A DNA stretch of 64,000 bases. It comes from Callorhinchus milii (Eukaryota). This document shows, one piece after another, positions 1-12,310 of the stretch. The notes beneath the pieces were generated by a model. It was not told the DNA's origin, searched no databases, and saw nothing but the letters and a program-made list of their open reading frames with translations. Within the stretch, counting starts at the first letter, position 1. Every line of letters begins with the position of its first letter. A program made the translations under genes and the position numbers. The stretch is from NCBI RefSeq assembly GCF_018977255.1, contig NW_024704743.1, positions 1,860,001-1,924,000 on the forward strand. Reading direction: 5' to 3'.

Positions 1-126
1 ACGTGTGTTTTGTGGGCAAACTATTTGCGCCCAGCAATGTAACCTGCGAACATCGACGGGGACATCAATAATCTCCTCGGCCGCTGATGGTTAGAAACTT
101 TCTAACTTTGTCCCTTGTCCTCGCAG

Positions 127-222
127 TGGAAGACGACAGCCCGGCCAAGGACAAGGTGACCATTGCCGACCTCTTCAGCAAAGAATTCCAGATTCACGAC
201 GTGGAGGCAAGATGGATAAACA
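127..222 (+). CDS. DPP6: DPP6 coding exon (first in window): xEDDSPAKDKVTIADLFSKEFQIHDVEARWIN
   Basis: cag acceptor at 124-126, gtgagt donor at 223; 96 nt, phase 1-1; matches DPP6 [23 protein letters not shown]. Confidence 0.93.
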
Positions 223-634
223 GTGAGTGTCTCCGGGAAGTCACTTGTGGGTGGGAGTGAGTCCAGTCGACCATATAGTTTGGTCGTAACACAACAGATC
301 CCTTTTAAACCCCCACCAACCTGCACGCTCCCTCCTGACGTGAAAGGCTCTGGGCACATGTAACGTGTTGTTGTTGTTGTTGATCAGTTAATCCAGGCAA
401 GCTTCCCGTATCCCTGCCCTCTCTGCACCGCCTTGTCGAGACGTCTCAAAGCGCTTCACAGCGTGCGCTGGAAAGTGGAGTGACTGTATAATTGTGGGGA
501 CCCTCTGCCTTTTTAGCGGAACAAACGTACGAGTGCGGAGAGGAGCTTTGGAGACGTGCGGTGGTTTGAAACGCAGCTGCCAATATTTCTTAGATTATCT
601 TGTTACCAAACTGATTACCCCCCCACCCCACCCA

Positions 635-667
<33 letters not shown>

Positions 668-904
668 GGGCTTGCAGCTAAAAATGCCACATCTTGTTAA
701 CCAGAAATATTAAGAAATGTCTTACTGTGTTTACTGACGGATCGTTGCAACAGACAGAGCGGGTAATTTGGTTGACGTATCGCAATCGTAGGGAATAATT
801 CCACCAGCACAACTGTGGGAATACGGATAGTTTGTGGTTTGCAATCGTGTAATAATAATAATAATAATCCTTGCATTTGATATAGCGCCTTATATATGGG
901 GGGT

Positions 905-1205
905 GGGATCAGGAGGGGGTGAAGGGCGGTGAGGGGAGGGGGTAGGATGGTGACCGAAGGCGCGTGTCGAAAAGGTGGGTCTTGAGGACGGGTCTTGAAG
1001 GAGGCGAGGGAGTGGGAGGGGGCGAGGCGGAGGGACTGCGGGATGGAGTTCCAGAGGGTGGGGGCAGAGTGGCTGAATGGCGAGGCGGGGGGGACGTGAA
1101 GCAGGCCGGAGCCCGCTGAGCGGAGGGAGCGGGCGGGTTGATCGGGGGCTCGGAGGTCACAGAGGTAGGGAGGAGCGAGGCCGTGGAGGGCTTTGAAGAA
1201 GAGGA
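905..1205 (-). mobile_element. L2 LINE 3' fragment
   Basis: Reverse complement of the APPYL...CTCTGGAACTCCATCCCG...CCTTCAAGACCC...TTCGAC segment repeated across the window. Confidence 0.78.
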
Positions 1206-3874
1206 CTGTTTTTTCTCTCTCTCATTTTGATGGAGCTTTCTTTTCTGTTGCTAACGGTTACGGTTCACTTAACCTGTGTGACGGTAGCGTGTGGTTTAAC
1301 GCCGCGTGCAGCATCTCCAAAGCCCCGTTTGCTGGGAGAGGGCGTGAGGGGAATAGATAAACAGGGCATTGTGGTGTCCCAGAGAGGAGGTGGAGGAGAC
1401 TTGACAATAGTTTGTTAATAATGAGCTTTAAATGTAATAAATGTATTCATGAGCTCGAAGCTCACAGTCGAGAAAGAATGAGTTCAGTCCCATCGCCATT
1501 TACATAGGGACGTACCAGATCACATATTAAAACCAAGCAGCTAATAATGCTGGGTAGATTATGATAATAATCGTCAAAAGATTATTATTTAACAGCAGCA
1601 TTGAACTCACAAATGTTTTTCTAATAACACTGCAAGTGCAGCCCTGGGGGCAATCGGGTGCTGCGTTTCGGCCGCAACATACGCAGTCACTACACTCTAC
1701 AGTGTATCCTGTGAAGCGCTTTGAGACGTCTCGAAGACGTGATGAGGCGCTGCGTCAAATGGAACGGTCAGTAATATTATTATCGTTTGCCAAGCACTTT
1801 GGGACATCCTCCTGACGTGAAAGGTGCAATAAAAGTGTAAATTCTATTGCATTATATATATAAAAAAAACTCTCCCTCGACGTATGGTTGTTTTTTTTGG
1901 GGGGAAGGGGTGGGGGAGGGAGGTGGGGGGAGCTATGTGTATAAATGTCTGCCGCCTTGAATTCCTGTGAGACGGCTTGAGATGTGATGACGTGATAAGG
2001 CGCCGAAAAAGAAAGAAATGCAGATGCTTTCTTTCTTAATCCGTCGCCTTATCTCGTGCTGTGTTTCGCTGCTGCCTTCCCACAACCTTTCTCATTTAGA
2101 TTAGCGCAAATCGAAAGTCTGGAAATATATATAGCGTGCAGCACAACCCCAAATCATCGAGCTGGGATTCTCAGCTATAATCCATAAACCCAGGCACTGG
2201 AGTTGGAATCTCAGCTCTGTCCGGAGGGAGGAGGTGGATTAATGGACCTGGTGGAGAGAGGGTTGAAGTCCATGCGGGTGGGTAAGTGGGGGAGCAATCG
2301 GGAACCAGGGACGGTCAAAGTTAGAAGAGCCTTAACCTTACCTCTTTGATCTCCACGAGAGCGAGTGCTGTCTGGCCAAGCTTTCCCGGGACCACCCTCC
2401 CCGTTAGTTAGTTAGTTAGTTAGTTAGTTAGGGCTTTGGCTGCGGGGTTACCAGGAGCTGAGGGGGAGGATTCCCTGCCCCCAGTGACCGGTCGGCCCTT
2501 CCAGGATCTGCCGATGGATGAGCCAGGGCCGGGCTGAGCTGCCATCAGCCGTGAGTGCCCTGGGACACTGCGGCCCCTCCTGGCTCAGGAGCCGGGGGCT
2601 GGAGACCGGCACAGGGAAGGGCGGCTCGATTCCGAAATTCCGTCGCCAAACGGGGCCAATTCAGCTCTGAGGAGACCCCACTTACCTCCCTTTTTTTTTA
2701 GAGAGGAAGGTTGTCCAAGGAGGACAGTCATTAGCTGGTCGTCCGACGTAGAAAAATCCAACAGTGAACAACTCGAGGGCAATAAAACTCCAAAAGACAC
2801 AAAATAGTTTTTCCTCCTCCCGGGTAATAAATTGTAAAATAAATAAATAAAAAGCTGTCCGGAGGAGGCCTCGTTGATCGCTCAGCTCCGCGGCTTCACA
2901 CAGTCCCGTGTCTTGATTGAAGACCGTGACTTGCAAATGCTGAATTTAATCTGTCAGACAAATGGGAGACATTGTCTAAGGGGATTTAAAACATCCTCCT
3001 CTGTCTGCTCCCCTACCAGCCTCCGCAGTGTACGTACCGCAGAGGTGACCATGTTAAATACGTAGAATATGCTACCGGATACGAACAGTGTCCCAGAGAT
3101 TAACTGCAGTTAATCCTTCATGTCGCCCCCCCCCCCCCCGAGCTAACTTCTCAACCGTTCACCTTTCTTTTCAGGCGGTGTCGAAGCCGGTGTGTGTGTG
3201 TGTGTGTGTGTGTGCCCCTCGCGTGCAGGACGCTCTATAAATGCAATTGTTATTATTACGCAAACACCTACTGATAACACAAAGAAATGTCATCAGAATT
3301 GGTTTGGAACATCACAACCGTGCAATAGAGTTTTTTTTTCTTTGAAAGTCGCACTGTTTTCATGTTTCTTTTTTCTACTTTCGACTATTTTCGGTGCCTC
3401 GGGACGTCCTCCCGCGGTGAAAGGGTCCTACGCAAATCTAATTTTGTACGGTGTTATTTTATTATTGTGTTGTGCCGTTTGCTGCCGCTGCAGCTTTATA
3501 GTCCTGGACGCAATAACGAAAGGCGCAATGAAATTACGCAGAGCGGCCGAAAGAAAGGGTAAAACGCGATCTAGTCTGAGCTGGGGGTCGGGCGGGTGGT
3601 GGGGGGTTGGGGGGGGGTCTTCGGGGAGGCAAGTTCATGAACGGTGGCTCTTGATCCTGTGGCTGAGGGTTTAGACTGTATCTGCCTCGCGCTCGGCTGA
3701 TGCTGAGCAAGTCTGACAGAGCCACGATCAAACAGCAACAACAACTCACGTTCACGCTGCTCCCCTCCACGAGGGCTCGTGTCCCGGAGCACTTGACCGT
3801 GGCGGAGTCTGACCCCGAGCCAAGAGGGGCGGAGGGAGGGAGGGAGGGGCGGAGGGAGGGAGGGAGGGTAAATG

Positions 3875-4275
3875 CAATAATCCTTGCATTTGATAACGGC
3901 GCCTCATCGCGTCTTCGAGACGTCTCAAAGCGCTTCACCGGATACACTGTAAAGTGAATCGACTGTGTGTTTTGTGGGCGAAACGCCCGCAGCCGATTGC
4001 GCACAGCAGTGTCCCAACCGTGGGTTGAAAGCGACCATTTTATTATTATTATTATTTTTTGAAGGGATTATTACCCCCGGAAAAGCGATCCGCCCATCAA
4101 CTAACAACCGGGTTCCTACTGACTGCCGGTAAACAGAGGCGCGTGTGTGTGTGTGTGTGTGTGTGTGGAGTGAGGAAACTTCCCCAATGTCTCGCCCTGA
4201 CCTGCCCGGGAATCAAACCCGGGTCCTCTCGCTCGCGAGGCGAGAGCTCTAACCCCTGAGCTCCTGGGGACTCCA
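3875..4275 (-). mobile_element. Young tRNA-derived SINE copy
   Basis: Reverse complement of the same head-(CA)n-body-tail consensus. Confidence 0.88.
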
Positions 4276-6214
4276 AAAGCCTCAGTATCATTCGGGGGAA
4301 TTAATTAAACAGGAGTGGGTTTAGGGTCAGGGCGAGGAAGCTATTTTGGTAGCGAGCGTTTGGGGTCTAATAAAACGAGTGGATTTTACCGCATCACCTG
4401 AGCTGTAATCTTTTAGAAAACATATCTGGCTGAGGAGCGACAGTGAGGATCCCTGGAGTCAGTGTCTGTCTGAAGATTAAGCAGGTGTCTAACTACTAAC
4501 CGCCAGCAAGCGACACACATGATAACCTTGAAATGGGTTGAAACACTCAGCCTCTGTCCCTTACTCGGCGACTTATTTGATTTGACTAATTTCTCCCGCT
4601 TTCTCCACCTCCCAGGTCATTTTTTTAACAGCCGGGCGTTCCACAAACGGCCGTGGATGGAGCGAATTTTTTTCTTTTCAAGGGATTTATTTCCCTGCGA
4701 TCTGGCCCATCGACTAACGAGCGGGTTCCCACTTACTGATAGGTAAAACCGAGCCGCGCCACGCCCGCGCGCGCGTGTGTGGAGAGTAAGGAAACTTGGC
4801 CTGAGCTCTTGACCCGCCCGGGAATCGAACCCCCCCCCCCCTCGCTGGCGAGGCGATCTCTCTAACCGCTACGCTACGGAGACTCTGTGGATAAAAGGAA
4901 AGAGAGAAGGGAGTTTCTGAAGCTGTGCTGTCCCCAACAGATAAATTGGTCGTCTACTTTCCCGCTGTTTGAATAACCCGTTCTGCACAATTCGCTGCCG
5001 TTTCCGCCAATAAATCACAAGTTTGGATGACTCTCGCGTTTGACGTGTAAAGCACTTTCAGCCGTTCTTTTGCTCTCTATCAAACGCGCGGGCTATTATT
5101 ATAACCCACCTCGTCGCACGAAATGTCACAGGTATCTAGGGTAATTGGTGTCTGCCTCCGAGATGTTTGTGTGGGTGAGAGAGAGAGAAAGGTAATATCA
5201 GAAACAGAATCCTACGGTTGACATTTCCCTCTCTTCTTGACTTCCCAGGGGCTCGGTATCTAATTGTACTGTTCTCTCGGCCTGAGATCATTTCATTTCA
5301 CTCAAGCCCAGAATGGGATCGAACCTACAACCTTCCCTGTCTGTGTGACCTCGAGTCCCTTATACATGATATCAATGCAAAGGCCTCAGTAAAGTCACTG
5401 AGGAGACGTCACAGCAATGAGAAGTCGAACCGATTTCTCACGACCAAGAAGAGATAATAATAATCCTATATTAATAATATTAACAATAATAATCCTATAA
5501 CGACGATACTCCTATAATAATTGTAAAGCAATAATATTAATAATAATGACCTTATATTAAGAATGATGTTAATAATGTCATAAAATAATAATAATAATAA
5601 TAATCTTTGCATTTGATATAACGCTTTTCACGTCGGGAGGATGTCCCAAAGCGCTTCACAGAACACACTAAAGTGAATTGACTGTATATTTGTGGGCGAA
5701 CGCGGCAGTCAATTGCGCACAGCAATGTCCATAATACCAATAATAATCAAACAGTGGTGGATTGAGTGACCAAATTATTATTGTTATTTTTTTAACCAAT
5801 TAACTAACAACCGGGTTCCTACTGACTGCTGGTAAACAGAGGTGTGTGTGTGTGTGGAGTGAGGAAACTTGCTCAACCCTTCGCCCTGACCTGCCCGGGA
5901 ATCGAACCCGGGTCCTCTCGCTTGACCAGCCCAGTTCCTCCACAAACACACAGTCACTGCACTACACAGTCAAATGCTGTAAAGCACTTGGTGACGTCTG
6001 AATGAGGTGATAAAGCGCTGTATAAAACATTATATCCTTAAACGGGCAGAAGGTACCTCCATTTAAAATCTCGTCTGCAGGACAATTCCTCCAACTTTGG
6101 GATATCACTAGGTTTCCAAATCCCTTCATGCCCTCACACCAATAGCCCACCCACCCCCCCCCCCCGCGTCTCGAGTGCTTACCCCCCCACCCACTCCACC
6201 ACTTCTGCCTCCAC

Positions 6215-6490
6215 TCGACCAGCTCCGGCCTCCTGTTTATCCCTCGTCTTCTCCGCTCCACCATCACTTGCCGTGCCTCTTGTCACTCCCTCCCTCTCAC
6301 TCCCTCCGCCTCGCCCCCCCCCCTCCCTCCCCACTTCCAAATCCCGCCTAAAGACCTTCCTTTTTGATCATGTTTACAGCCAACTCCCCCCCCACCCCCC
6401 CCACTCCCTCCCTCCCTCCCCGTCAAGCTCTCCGGGACTCTATACCCCGCGTCAAAGGACGCTGTGTAAAAGCAAGTTGTTGTTGTTGAG
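6215..6490 (+). mobile_element. L2 LINE 3' end with (GTT)n tail
   Basis: TTCCAAATCCCGCCTAAAGACCTTCCTTTTTGA...GTCAAGCTCTCCGGGAC...GCAAGTTGTTGTTGTT. Confidence 0.75.
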
Positions 6491-6871
6491 CGGTGTTCGC
6501 TGATGCTCACTGTCTGATCGAGGCAGTGCTGTGTGGCTCCTCGAGGAGCTGAGAGGGAGACCTCTGGTCCGATGCATCGTTAAACACTGCAAGTCCGTCC
6601 GAAAATGTTTGTTCAGGTGGAACCGCAGTGGGAGGAACAGAGAAATCCACTGTGACTCGGAGCAGAAAGTGAGTGAGTTATCTGTAAGGCCGCAGAGACG
6701 AGACAAGTCATGTGTGAACTTCAGTCAGTGATGACGTGCTTCAGAGAAAGGAGAGAGAGAAAGAGAGAGAGACAGAGGAGAGTTAGATGCACAATAGAGG
6801 AAGCTGGAACTGCAGAGGATAGTGAGACTGTGGAACTCGGTGCCTGAAGCAGTGGTTGAATCAGAGAGTGT

Positions 6872-7272
6872 AAATAATAATAATAATAATAATAATAATC
6901 ATCTGTCAATTTATACAGCGCCCGATCACGTCTTTGAGACATCTCAAAGCACTTCACAGAATATACTGTAATGTGAATTGACTGTACGTTTTGTGGGCGA
7001 AACGCGGCAGCCAATTGCACACAGCAGCGTCCCCCACAAACAGCCGCGGGTTGAAGTGACCAAATTATTTTTATTTATTTTGAAGGGATTATTAGCCCCG
7101 GAAAAGCGATCCGCCAATCGACTAACAACCGGGTTCCTACCGACTGCCGGTAAACAGAGGCGCGTGTGTGTGTGTGTGTGTGGAGTGAGGAAAGTTGCCC
7201 AATGTCTCGCCCTGACCTGCCCGGGAATCGAACCCGGGTCCTCTCGCTCGCGAGGCGAGGGCTCTGACCCCT
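6872..7272 (-). mobile_element. Young tRNA-derived SINE copy
   Basis: Reverse-complement consensus with (AAT)n at the left end. Confidence 0.88.
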
Positions 7273-8094
7273 GTCATGGCCAACAATCCTCCCAGATAAA
7301 ATTGGCTGCCAAGTTCATCCCACAAACGCGCTTCACAGCAAATCCTACGAAGCAGTTTGAGACTTTTCGACAACGTGATAAGGCGCTATATCAAAGGAGG
7401 AATTATTAGTGTTAAAACATGCCGCATGCCCTGCTCGGTCCTGGTGTTTGATTTAACATGGTAAATAGATTTGTTGCGATTCAAAATAGACAGTGATCTG
7501 AAATTATATGGATATTTTACAGTAAATCCTATGAAGCACTTTGAGATTTCCTCCTGACACGAAAGGCACCACCAATATATTAAGCATTATTATTTATTGG
7601 ACCCGCACTGACCCACAATGCGAGGATCTTCACAAGTGATAAGAAGCTGCTTTAATGTAATGATAAATAATAATAATTATAGTAATAATCATCATCGTTG
7701 CATTTGATATAGCGCCTTGTCACATCTTCGAGACGTATCAAAGCGCTTCACGGGATATACGGTAAAGCGCAGGGACTTTGTGTGTGTGTTTTTGTGGGTG
7801 AATCCAGCTGCCAAGTTGACAATAATAATTTAAATCCTCGCTCATCACGTCGCCGAAATACCTTTTGCTGTGCGTCAAGAGCCTGTGTGTATTCGTTGGC
7901 AAACGTGGCGGCCAATTTGCTCAGGGCAGTGTCCCACAAACAGCCATGGAGCGAGTGACCAGTTTTATTTGGGGGATTGTTGGTCAGGACACCGGAAGAG
8001 AGAAACTCCCTTTTTTTTTCCGGTCGGGATCTTTAACATTCACAGACAGAGGGGGTCTGTTCGAACAAATTTACAGCAAAATGAGTTCTATTGT

Positions 8095-8508
8095 GGAGTC
8101 CCCTGGAGCTCTGGGGTTAGAGCCCTCGCCTCGCGAGCGAGAGGACCCGGGTTCGATCCCCGGGCAGGTCAGGGTGAGACATTGGGCAAGTTTCCTCACT
8201 CCACACACCCACACACACACTCACACACACGCGCGCCTCTGTTTACCGGCAGTCAGTAGGAACCCGGTTGGTAGTCGATTGGCGGATCGCTTTTCCAGGG
8301 GGAAAATATATTCCCTTCAAAAAGCAATAATAACCTGGTCACTCAACCCACGACTGTTTGTGGGGATTTACGCTGCTGTGCGCAATTGGCTGCCGTGTTT
8401 CGCCCACAAAAAATATACAGTCACTACACTTAACAGTGTGCCCCGTGAAGCGCTTTGCGACGTCTCGGAGACGTGATCAGGCGCCGTATCAAATGTCAGG
8501 ATTGTTAT
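8095..8508 (+). mobile_element. Young tRNA-derived SINE copy
   Basis: Head, (CA)n, body and tail all present. Confidence 0.88.
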
Positions 8509-10482
8509 CGTTGTATCATGTGAAAGGCGCAGGACAGTAACTTATTGTCATTCCCGCAGTAGCTGTTTCTTCTCAAATCGATCCCCTGAATGTGCCTTTG
8601 CATCGATAAACCTTATTACTTTCTTCGAGATGAAATCTATTCTGACCTCACTCCTTCGCTGTTAAATTTTATTAGTCTCCCCCCGCCCCCGTCCCCCACC
8701 TCCCACTCAAAAAAATTTGACATTTATGGTGCACTACACATATACCCTTCTGATTGCACATAAAGCTGCTTCTGCCACTTTGATTTCAAGATCCTCGCGC
8801 ACTCCTTTTCAAATCCCTTCACCCTCCGTCACCGCCATACTTCTCCCACCTGCTTAGACCCCCCTCCCCCCCCCAACCCACAACTCCGCTTGACTGGCTC
8901 CGGCCTCCTGTTTATCCCTCGTGCCCTCCGACATCGTCGAGACGTCTCAAAGCGCTTCACGGGACACACTGTGAAGCGCACAGCGACGTCCCCACAAACA
9001 GCCGTGGGATTGAGTGACCAAATTATTACTAAGAGAGGGAAGAGGGTGAGTGAGGGAGGGAGTGAGTTGGGGAGGGAGGGAGTGAGTGAGTTGGGGAGGG
9101 AGTGAGTGAGTTGGGGAGAGAGTGAGTGAGTGAGTGAGTGAGGGAGGGAGGGAGGGAGGGAGGGAGGGATCTCATTCTGCAATCAGACAGCAACAGTCTC
9201 ACATGCTGAGAGGAAAGCTGAAGCTCTGTAACATTAATTAATGCCACAGGGAAGTCACTTTGAAGGATCTGTTGCCAAAATATTTAATTTATCACCTTGT
9301 TTACACCGAGGATTTGTAGGTGTGAATAATGATACATCTGTTTGCGAATTTATCGGCCTGATTAGCTATTTGTGCGGGAGACGAACGTGGCTGAGCGGAA
9401 TTAATTGAACGACCATTTAAATCAGATTCCGAGAGAATTAGCAGATTTGGACGCCAATGGAATTTTAGTGAGGAAATGCTCCTCCTCTTCGTTAGAACAG
9501 GTTATCTCACCGCTTGTTAATGTGCTAATTGCCTCCCCTTCGCACCCCATTCTCTCTCTCCGTTGCCCCTGCCCCTTATTTCCCTTCCCCTAATCCCCCT
9601 TTCCCCCCACCGCCACCCCACCCCCATTTTCTCGCCCCCATCCCTGGAGTCCTGTGGCTCAAGTTTCCTTACTCCACACAACAACAACAACCGCCGCCAC
9701 CACGACAAATCGCATTTACACATCAGGAGGAACAGTAGGATTCCTATTTCTTCAACCCACAGCCTTCTGACTCACAGGCACGAGGCCCTGCACTTGTGTC
9801 AGGCTGTCACACGCGTTACGGCCATGGTAGGGTTACAACGACAACAACAACTGACCCCCGAGCCGGGGGGAGAGGGAGGGAGGAATGAGGGAGGGAGGGA
9901 GAGAGGGAGGGGGCAAGTGACTGTGATCAAAAGGAAGGTCTTCAGGTGGGATTTGAAGGTGGGGAGGGGGCGAGGCGGAGGGATTGAGGGAGAGTTCCAG
10001 AGTTTCGGAGCGTAGTGTAGAGGCTGAAGGCACGGCCACCGATGGTGGAGTGGAGAGGGTGAGGGACGGACAGGAGGCCGGAGCCAGCCGAGGGGAGGCA
10101 GCTAGTGGTGGTGGTGGCGGGGGGAGTGGGGAGTAAGCAGGTCGGAGGGGTAGGGAGGGAGGTGGCAGGGAATGAAGTGATTTGAAAATGAGCTACTAAA
10201 CTGGCATCGGCACAAAGGCACTCGGGCATCGCAAGGTCATTGTTTGACCGGCCTGTGCACAATAATACCACGTGTTTCAAAGTAATGAAGAGAATACATC
10301 TGATTCCCAGATTGTTTCCACCAAGTGACTGCGGAGTAATTAAAGCATCAATAAAACAGTAAATGAACCATCGCAAACACATTAGAGGAATGTGCGATGG
10401 AAGAACTTGAACGGTGATACAGAGCACAGTGGTTAGCGAGAACAATCTCAGTACGGAACAGTCATCCTTTCAGGAGCAGTGC

Positions 10483-10848
10483 TGGAGCTCAGGGGTTAGA
10501 GCACTCGCCTCGCAAGCGAGAGGATCCGGGTTCGATTCCCGGGCAGGTCAGGGGGAAACATTGGGCAAGTTTCCTCACTCCACACACACACACACACACA
10601 CACGGCTCTGTTTACCAGCGGTCAGTAGGAACCCGGTTGGTAGTTGATTGGCAGATGGCTTTTCCAGGGGGAATAATTGCTCAAAAATAGAATAAATTGG
10701 TCATTTCAATCCACGGCTGTCTGTGGGGACGCTGCTGTGCGCGATTGGCTGCCACATTTCGCCCACAAAAATGTACAATCAATTCGCTTTGCAGTGTATC
10801 CTGTGAAGTGCCTTGAGACGTCTCGAAGATGTTAAGGCGCTGCGTCAA
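10483..10848 (+). mobile_element. Young tRNA-derived SINE copy
   Basis: Consensus match from head to tail. Confidence 0.85.
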
Positions 10849-10904
10849 CAACAAAATTACATTTGTATAGTGCAAAAGCAAGGATTATTATTATCATCAT
10901 CCGG

Positions 10905-11160
10905 ATACTAGAACAAGAGAACATAGGTACATAGATAGGTTTAGGGTTGCGAAGGGCAATTTCAGGACAGATAACAGGAAGCGTTTCTTTATCTAGAGGG
11001 TAATTAATGACTGGAACAGGTTCCCTGGAAGGGTGATTAAGACCAGGACATTTCTTTTAACAAAAACGCTTGATGTTGTGGCGGGAAGATGGTAGGATCG
11101 CTGTTTTGGAACTGATGAGATTAAATGGACTGAAGGGTCTTCTTTATCTGAACCAATTTG
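10905..11160 (+). mobile_element. CR1-clade LINE 3' fragment
   Basis: Degenerate RFRVAKGNFRTDNRKRFF..RVINDWNRFPGRVI, the CR1 ORF2 C-terminus, followed by a ...AATGGACTGAAGGGTC tail. Confidence 0.75.
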
Positions 11161-11453
11161 TCATCTCGGGATACTTTGCATCTGTCCAGATCAATTGCCG
11201 TCACCACGTGTGGTGTGAGACTGGGCTGCTCTGTGACATGAAGCACTTTCAATCACCCTCAAGTCTGCCGTTCATCAACAAGATGAATCCTCGATCTCAT
11301 GAGGCAGAAAGCTTCGCTCTCTATCTGGCAGAAGTAACTCTCTCTCAGCTCATATGTGTAAATCACTTTCGAACACACACCTGTCACAGTAATACCAGCA
11401 GTTGATATTTCTTTGGTTAGCTGGGTGTCTGATACCTTCGGAAAGCACCTTGT

Positions 11454-11852
11454 GGAGTCCTGTAGCTCAGTGGTTAGAGCGCTCGCCTCGCAAGCGAGAG
11501 GACCCGGGTTCGATTCCCGGGCAGGTCAGGGCGAGACATTGGGCAAGTTTCCTCACTCCACACACACACACACACGCACGCCTCTGTTTACCGGCAGTCA
11601 GGAGGAACCCGGATGTTAGTCGATTGGCGGATCACTTTTCTGGGGGTTAACAGCTCCTTCAAAAAATAATAATAACATTAATAACTTGGTCTCTTAATCC
11701 GCGGCTGTTTGTGGGGACGCCGCTGTGCGCAATCGTCTGCCGTGTTCCGCCCACAAAATATACAGTCAATTCGCTTTGTGGTATAATGCTTTGAGACGTC
11801 TCAAAGACATGATAAGGCGCTGTATCAAATGCGAGGATTAGTATTATTATTA
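11454..11852 (+). mobile_element. Full-length young tRNA(Ala)-derived SINE with L2-type tail and (ATT)n end; representative of dozens of copies and fragments in the window
   Basis: A box TAGCTCAGTGG, B box GGTTCGATTCC, internal (CA)n, body GCTGTTTGTGGGGACGC...GCGCAATCG, tail GCTTTGAGACGTC...GATAAGGCGCTGTATCAAATGC, then (ATT)n. Confidence 0.92.
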
Positions 11853-11976
11853 TCTAAGGGAAACTACTGAGTCCTGCAAATGCATTCTGATTTAAATTCC
11901 TTGGGCAACCCAACCTAACCTAGCTAGAGGCAACACAGCAGCCATTTGTGCACAGTAATGTCCAACTAGTGATGAA

Positions 11977-12310
11977 TCAACAACAACAAAATTACATTTA
12001 TAGCGTGCCTTTCACGTCGGGAAGACGGGTGTATGGGGGGCAGAGAGGCTGAAAGCCCGGCCACCAATGGTAGAGCGGGTCGGGCGGGAGCCATGGAGCA
12101 GGCCGGAGCCCGCTGGAGGGAGCGGGCAGATTGGTAGGGAGACAACAGGTCGGAGAGGTAGGAGGGGGCACGACCATGGATGGCCTTGAAAGTGAGGATC
12201 TTGAATTCGATCTTCTGGGGGACGGGGAGCCAGTGGAGTCGGGTGGGAGTGATGGGGTCACGGAGCCTGGTGCGTGAGAGTACATGAGCTGCAGAGTTTT
12301 GGATGATAGA
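11977..12310 (-). mobile_element. L2-clade LINE 3' fragment with degenerate ORF2 C-terminus
   Basis: Translation IQNSAAHVL...PITP-RLHWLPVPQKIEFKIL-TFKAIHGRAPSYLSDLL is the L2 post-RT signature; ends in (GTT)n. Confidence 0.88.

Noticed and set aside
11454..11528. tRNA-Ala(CGC)-like cloverleaf (D arm, CTCGC/GCGAG anticodon stem, T arm)
   Set aside because: The acceptor stem is imperfect, there is no adjacent poly-T terminator, and it is followed by the SINE body in many copies; it is a SINE head, not a tRNA gene
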